DNA of 64,000 nt from the human T2T-CHM13v2.0 reference genome, Homo sapiens, in the NCBI RefSeq assembly GCF_009914755.1, contig NC_060935.1. One strand, written 5' to 3'. The translations under genes were made by a program, and so were the position numbers. The number at the start of each line of letters is the position of its first letter. The first letter of the stretch is position 1. The notes beneath the pieces are model-generated. The model made no database searches. It saw only the letters and a list, made by a program, of their open reading frames with translations, and was not told where the DNA came from. This document shows positions 61,421 through 64,000 of the stretch, piece by piece.

Positions 61421-61726
61421 GGCTAGGCACAGTGGCTTATGCCTGTAATCCCAGCACTTTGGGAGGCTGAGGCAGGAGGATTCTTTGAGCCCAGGAGTTT
61501 GAGACTAGCCTAGGCAACATAGTGAGATATCGTCTCTACAAAAAATTTAAAAATTAGCCAGGTGTGATGGTGTGTGCTTGTAATCCCAGCTATTCAGGGA
61601 GTTGAGGTGGGAGGATTGCTTGAGCCTGAGAGGTCAAGGCTGCAGTGAGCTGTGATCATTCCATTGCACTCCAGCCTGGATGGCAGAGTAACAACATCCT
61701 ATGTCAAAAAAAAATAATAAAAATAA
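61421..61726 (+). mobile_element. AluJ
   Basis: J diagnostics; CTGTGAGCT repeated on both flanks. Confidence 0.9.
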
Positions 61727-61744
61727 ACACTGTGAGCTGTGTAA

Positions 61745-62001
61745 GGCCAGGCATGGTGGCTCAAGCCTGTAATCCCAGCAGTTTGGGAGGCCAAGGCAAG
61801 AGGATCATTTAAGGGCAAGAGTTTCAGATCAGCCTGAAAAACATAGTGAGACTCCATTTATACAAAATAAATAAATAAACACGATTAGCCAGGCATGGTG
61901 GTTGAGACAGGAGGATCTCTTGAGCCCAGGAGTTCAAGGTTGCAATGAGCTATGATCATGCCAATGTACTCCAGTCTAGGTGACAGAGCAAGACCCTATC
62001 T

Positions 62002-62039
<38 letters not shown>
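61745..62039 (+). mobile_element. AluJ with about 30-bp right-arm deletion and A37 tail
   Basis: Direct repeat AGCTGTGTAA at 61735-61744 and 62041-62050. Confidence 0.9.
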
Positions 62040-62041
<2 letters not shown>

Positions 62042-62489
62042 GCTGTGTAAACTTTCATTTTTCTTTACTTTAACTGAGAGTAAATGACAAAAATATTTTC
62101 AAAAACCCTGCACTTCCTACCAGTATTACAAAAGGGAAACTATATTCATAATTTTTCAAATTAAAGCTTAAGCAACTGTTCATCAATTTTCAAAATTTCC
62201 CTCGCATTAGCACTTAAAAATCTGAAGTAATAGTACAATGAAGGCAAGAAGCATGTTTGGCAATAACCAATTATTTGAATAGACAAAGCATAAAAGTAGA
62301 CTTGTCAAATCAACCTCATAAGAAGTTTTAGCAAGCATGGTTCTATAGAGATATAAGACATTGTATACTAACTTCATTATGCTATAAATCTTACAACCGT
62401 TCTAATCACAAACTGGTACAGTTCTCTCAGATCTCTAAGTCTTCTCACTGAAATTTCTCTCTTAAATAATTTAATAATGATGTTTATGG

Positions 62490-62720
62490 CAACAATTTGA
62501 TTGAACACTTATAATATGCCAGTTACTATGCTAACCATTCACATTTAAAATCGCATTTAATCCTTGCAAAGATCTTTTTATATATTCATTGATCACTCCA
62601 TTTTACAGATACAGAAAGTGAGGCTCAGAGAGATAGAGTAAAGGCGCAAGGTTACACAGCCAGTAAATTACTTATCTGCAGGTTGAGTTAGTGGCCAATA
62701 TACTTAACCACAGAACTATG
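62490..62720 (-). mobile_element. MIR (further MIR/L2 relics at about 63070-63860)
   Basis: CCATTTTACAGATACAGAAAGTGAGGCTCAGAGA core. Confidence 0.75.
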
Positions 62721-63865
62721 TTTTCTAACTTTCAAAAAAGCAATACTGTACCTTTGCTTGAAAAAGGAACTGTACCACCAGAAAATGTCACTGTAGGTTT
62801 CTGGTTACAAAGCAAGAATGCCCACCTGTGCTGGAGTTAATTCTACTGTCACTTTTGGAGTAAAGTGTAAGAGTCATGAGCAGTGGGTGAAAATAAAGTT
62901 GATCCAGGCAACTTTTATATTACTTAGAACTACTTTCACCCTAGAGTCCTTGTAAATCTGAAAAGAACAAGTTTTAAATTATTATTTAATTTAGAGCTAA
63001 GAATTCCTTGGGTATCAGTGAGAAGAGAAAATGAGAGAAGGGAAATGTTTACCATTTGTATTGACCATTCGATTTTAGCCAGAAAATTTGCTACACTCTT
63101 CATGTATATATTTTATTTCATTTATCCTCAAAACGAACTCCTTAAAGTATTAGTATCTTCAATTTGCATATTAAAAACTACAGACTTCTGAGAGGTAAGG
63201 TGAATTGCCCCAAAGCACACAGTTAATAAGTGGCAAAGCCAGGATCTAATCCAGAAGCTCATGTTTTCACTATACCATGCTCACAGTCTAGTATTCTATT
63301 GTTTATTTCAGAATTGCTTTTCTCCAGTTCAAAAATGGCCTTGTCTCATGCCTTTCATCAAACAGTAAGTATTCCCTAAAGCCCGATCATGGACTTCCCA
63401 TCTATTCATTCATTCATTCATTCCCATCTGCTGAGCCCTTTTATGTGCCAGTCAGAGCTAAACAGTGAATTAGAGGAAGCTCCTTCCTTTAGAAAATGGC
63501 AGTCTGGTAGTACATAATTTTAAAAATTAAAATGTGATTTTAAAATGACAGCATTAAGCTCAAGACACAATGCAAACATAGAGAAGGGAGTGCCTAAGTT
63601 ATTTCTCCAGTTCTTCCAGTGTATAATATCTTCAGGATTAAATATATATTCTTTGGCTCACCTTTAAAGCCTTTAATTCCTCTGGTCACATTTATACTCA
63701 ATTCAATATTGACTGAGCACCTGTTGTGGGTATTAAAAGGCTGTATGCCATAATGGAAAGAGGACAGACATAGAGTCAGATAGGCATGAGTTTATCCCAT
63801 TCTCTCTCGCTTACTAGCTATGTAAACTTGAGCAAGCAGCTTTACCTCCTTTAGCCTCAGTGGGA

Positions 63866-64000
63866 TTTTTTAAATCAAGTTTATTGAGGTATAATTTACA
63901 TAAAATAAGATGCTTCCATTTTAAGTTTACAGTTTGATGCATTTTGACAAATGTCTATAGTCATGTAACCAACACAACAATCAAGATATAGAGCATTTCC
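63866..64000 (-). mobile_element. L1M 3' end running off the window
   Basis: TTTATTGAGGTATAATTTACA...CAATCAAGATATAGA. Confidence 0.75.

Overview
Human (at minimum primate) AT-rich genomic DNA that is mostly transposable-element sequence: about 20 L1 pieces of many ages, 12 Alus, 13 LTR elements (including two complete THE1 MaLR proviruses), L2/MIR relics, a MER91A-like DNA transposon, a U6 retropseudogene and a tRNA-Leu 5' half. A short L1Hs-Ta insertion at 933-1243 points to human origin. The long ORFs in the track are decayed L1 ORF1/ORF2 pieces or chance frames in LTR/Alu sequence, and I see no intact protein-coding gene. I found no wholly new biological system. The most interesting signals come from matching target-site duplications (TSDs): two old L1 3' transductions and one micro-transduction, a young and possibly polymorphic L1Hs-Ta, a tailless half-tRNA insertion, an L1 truncated at both ends, and a MER41B LTR with both STAT (GAS) sites intact. 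All 13 LTR elements lie on the + strand, suggesting the window is intronic in a minus-strand gene, for which there are a few weak candidate exons. Subfamily names come from recalled consensus sequences, not a database search, and boundaries of old elements are approximate.
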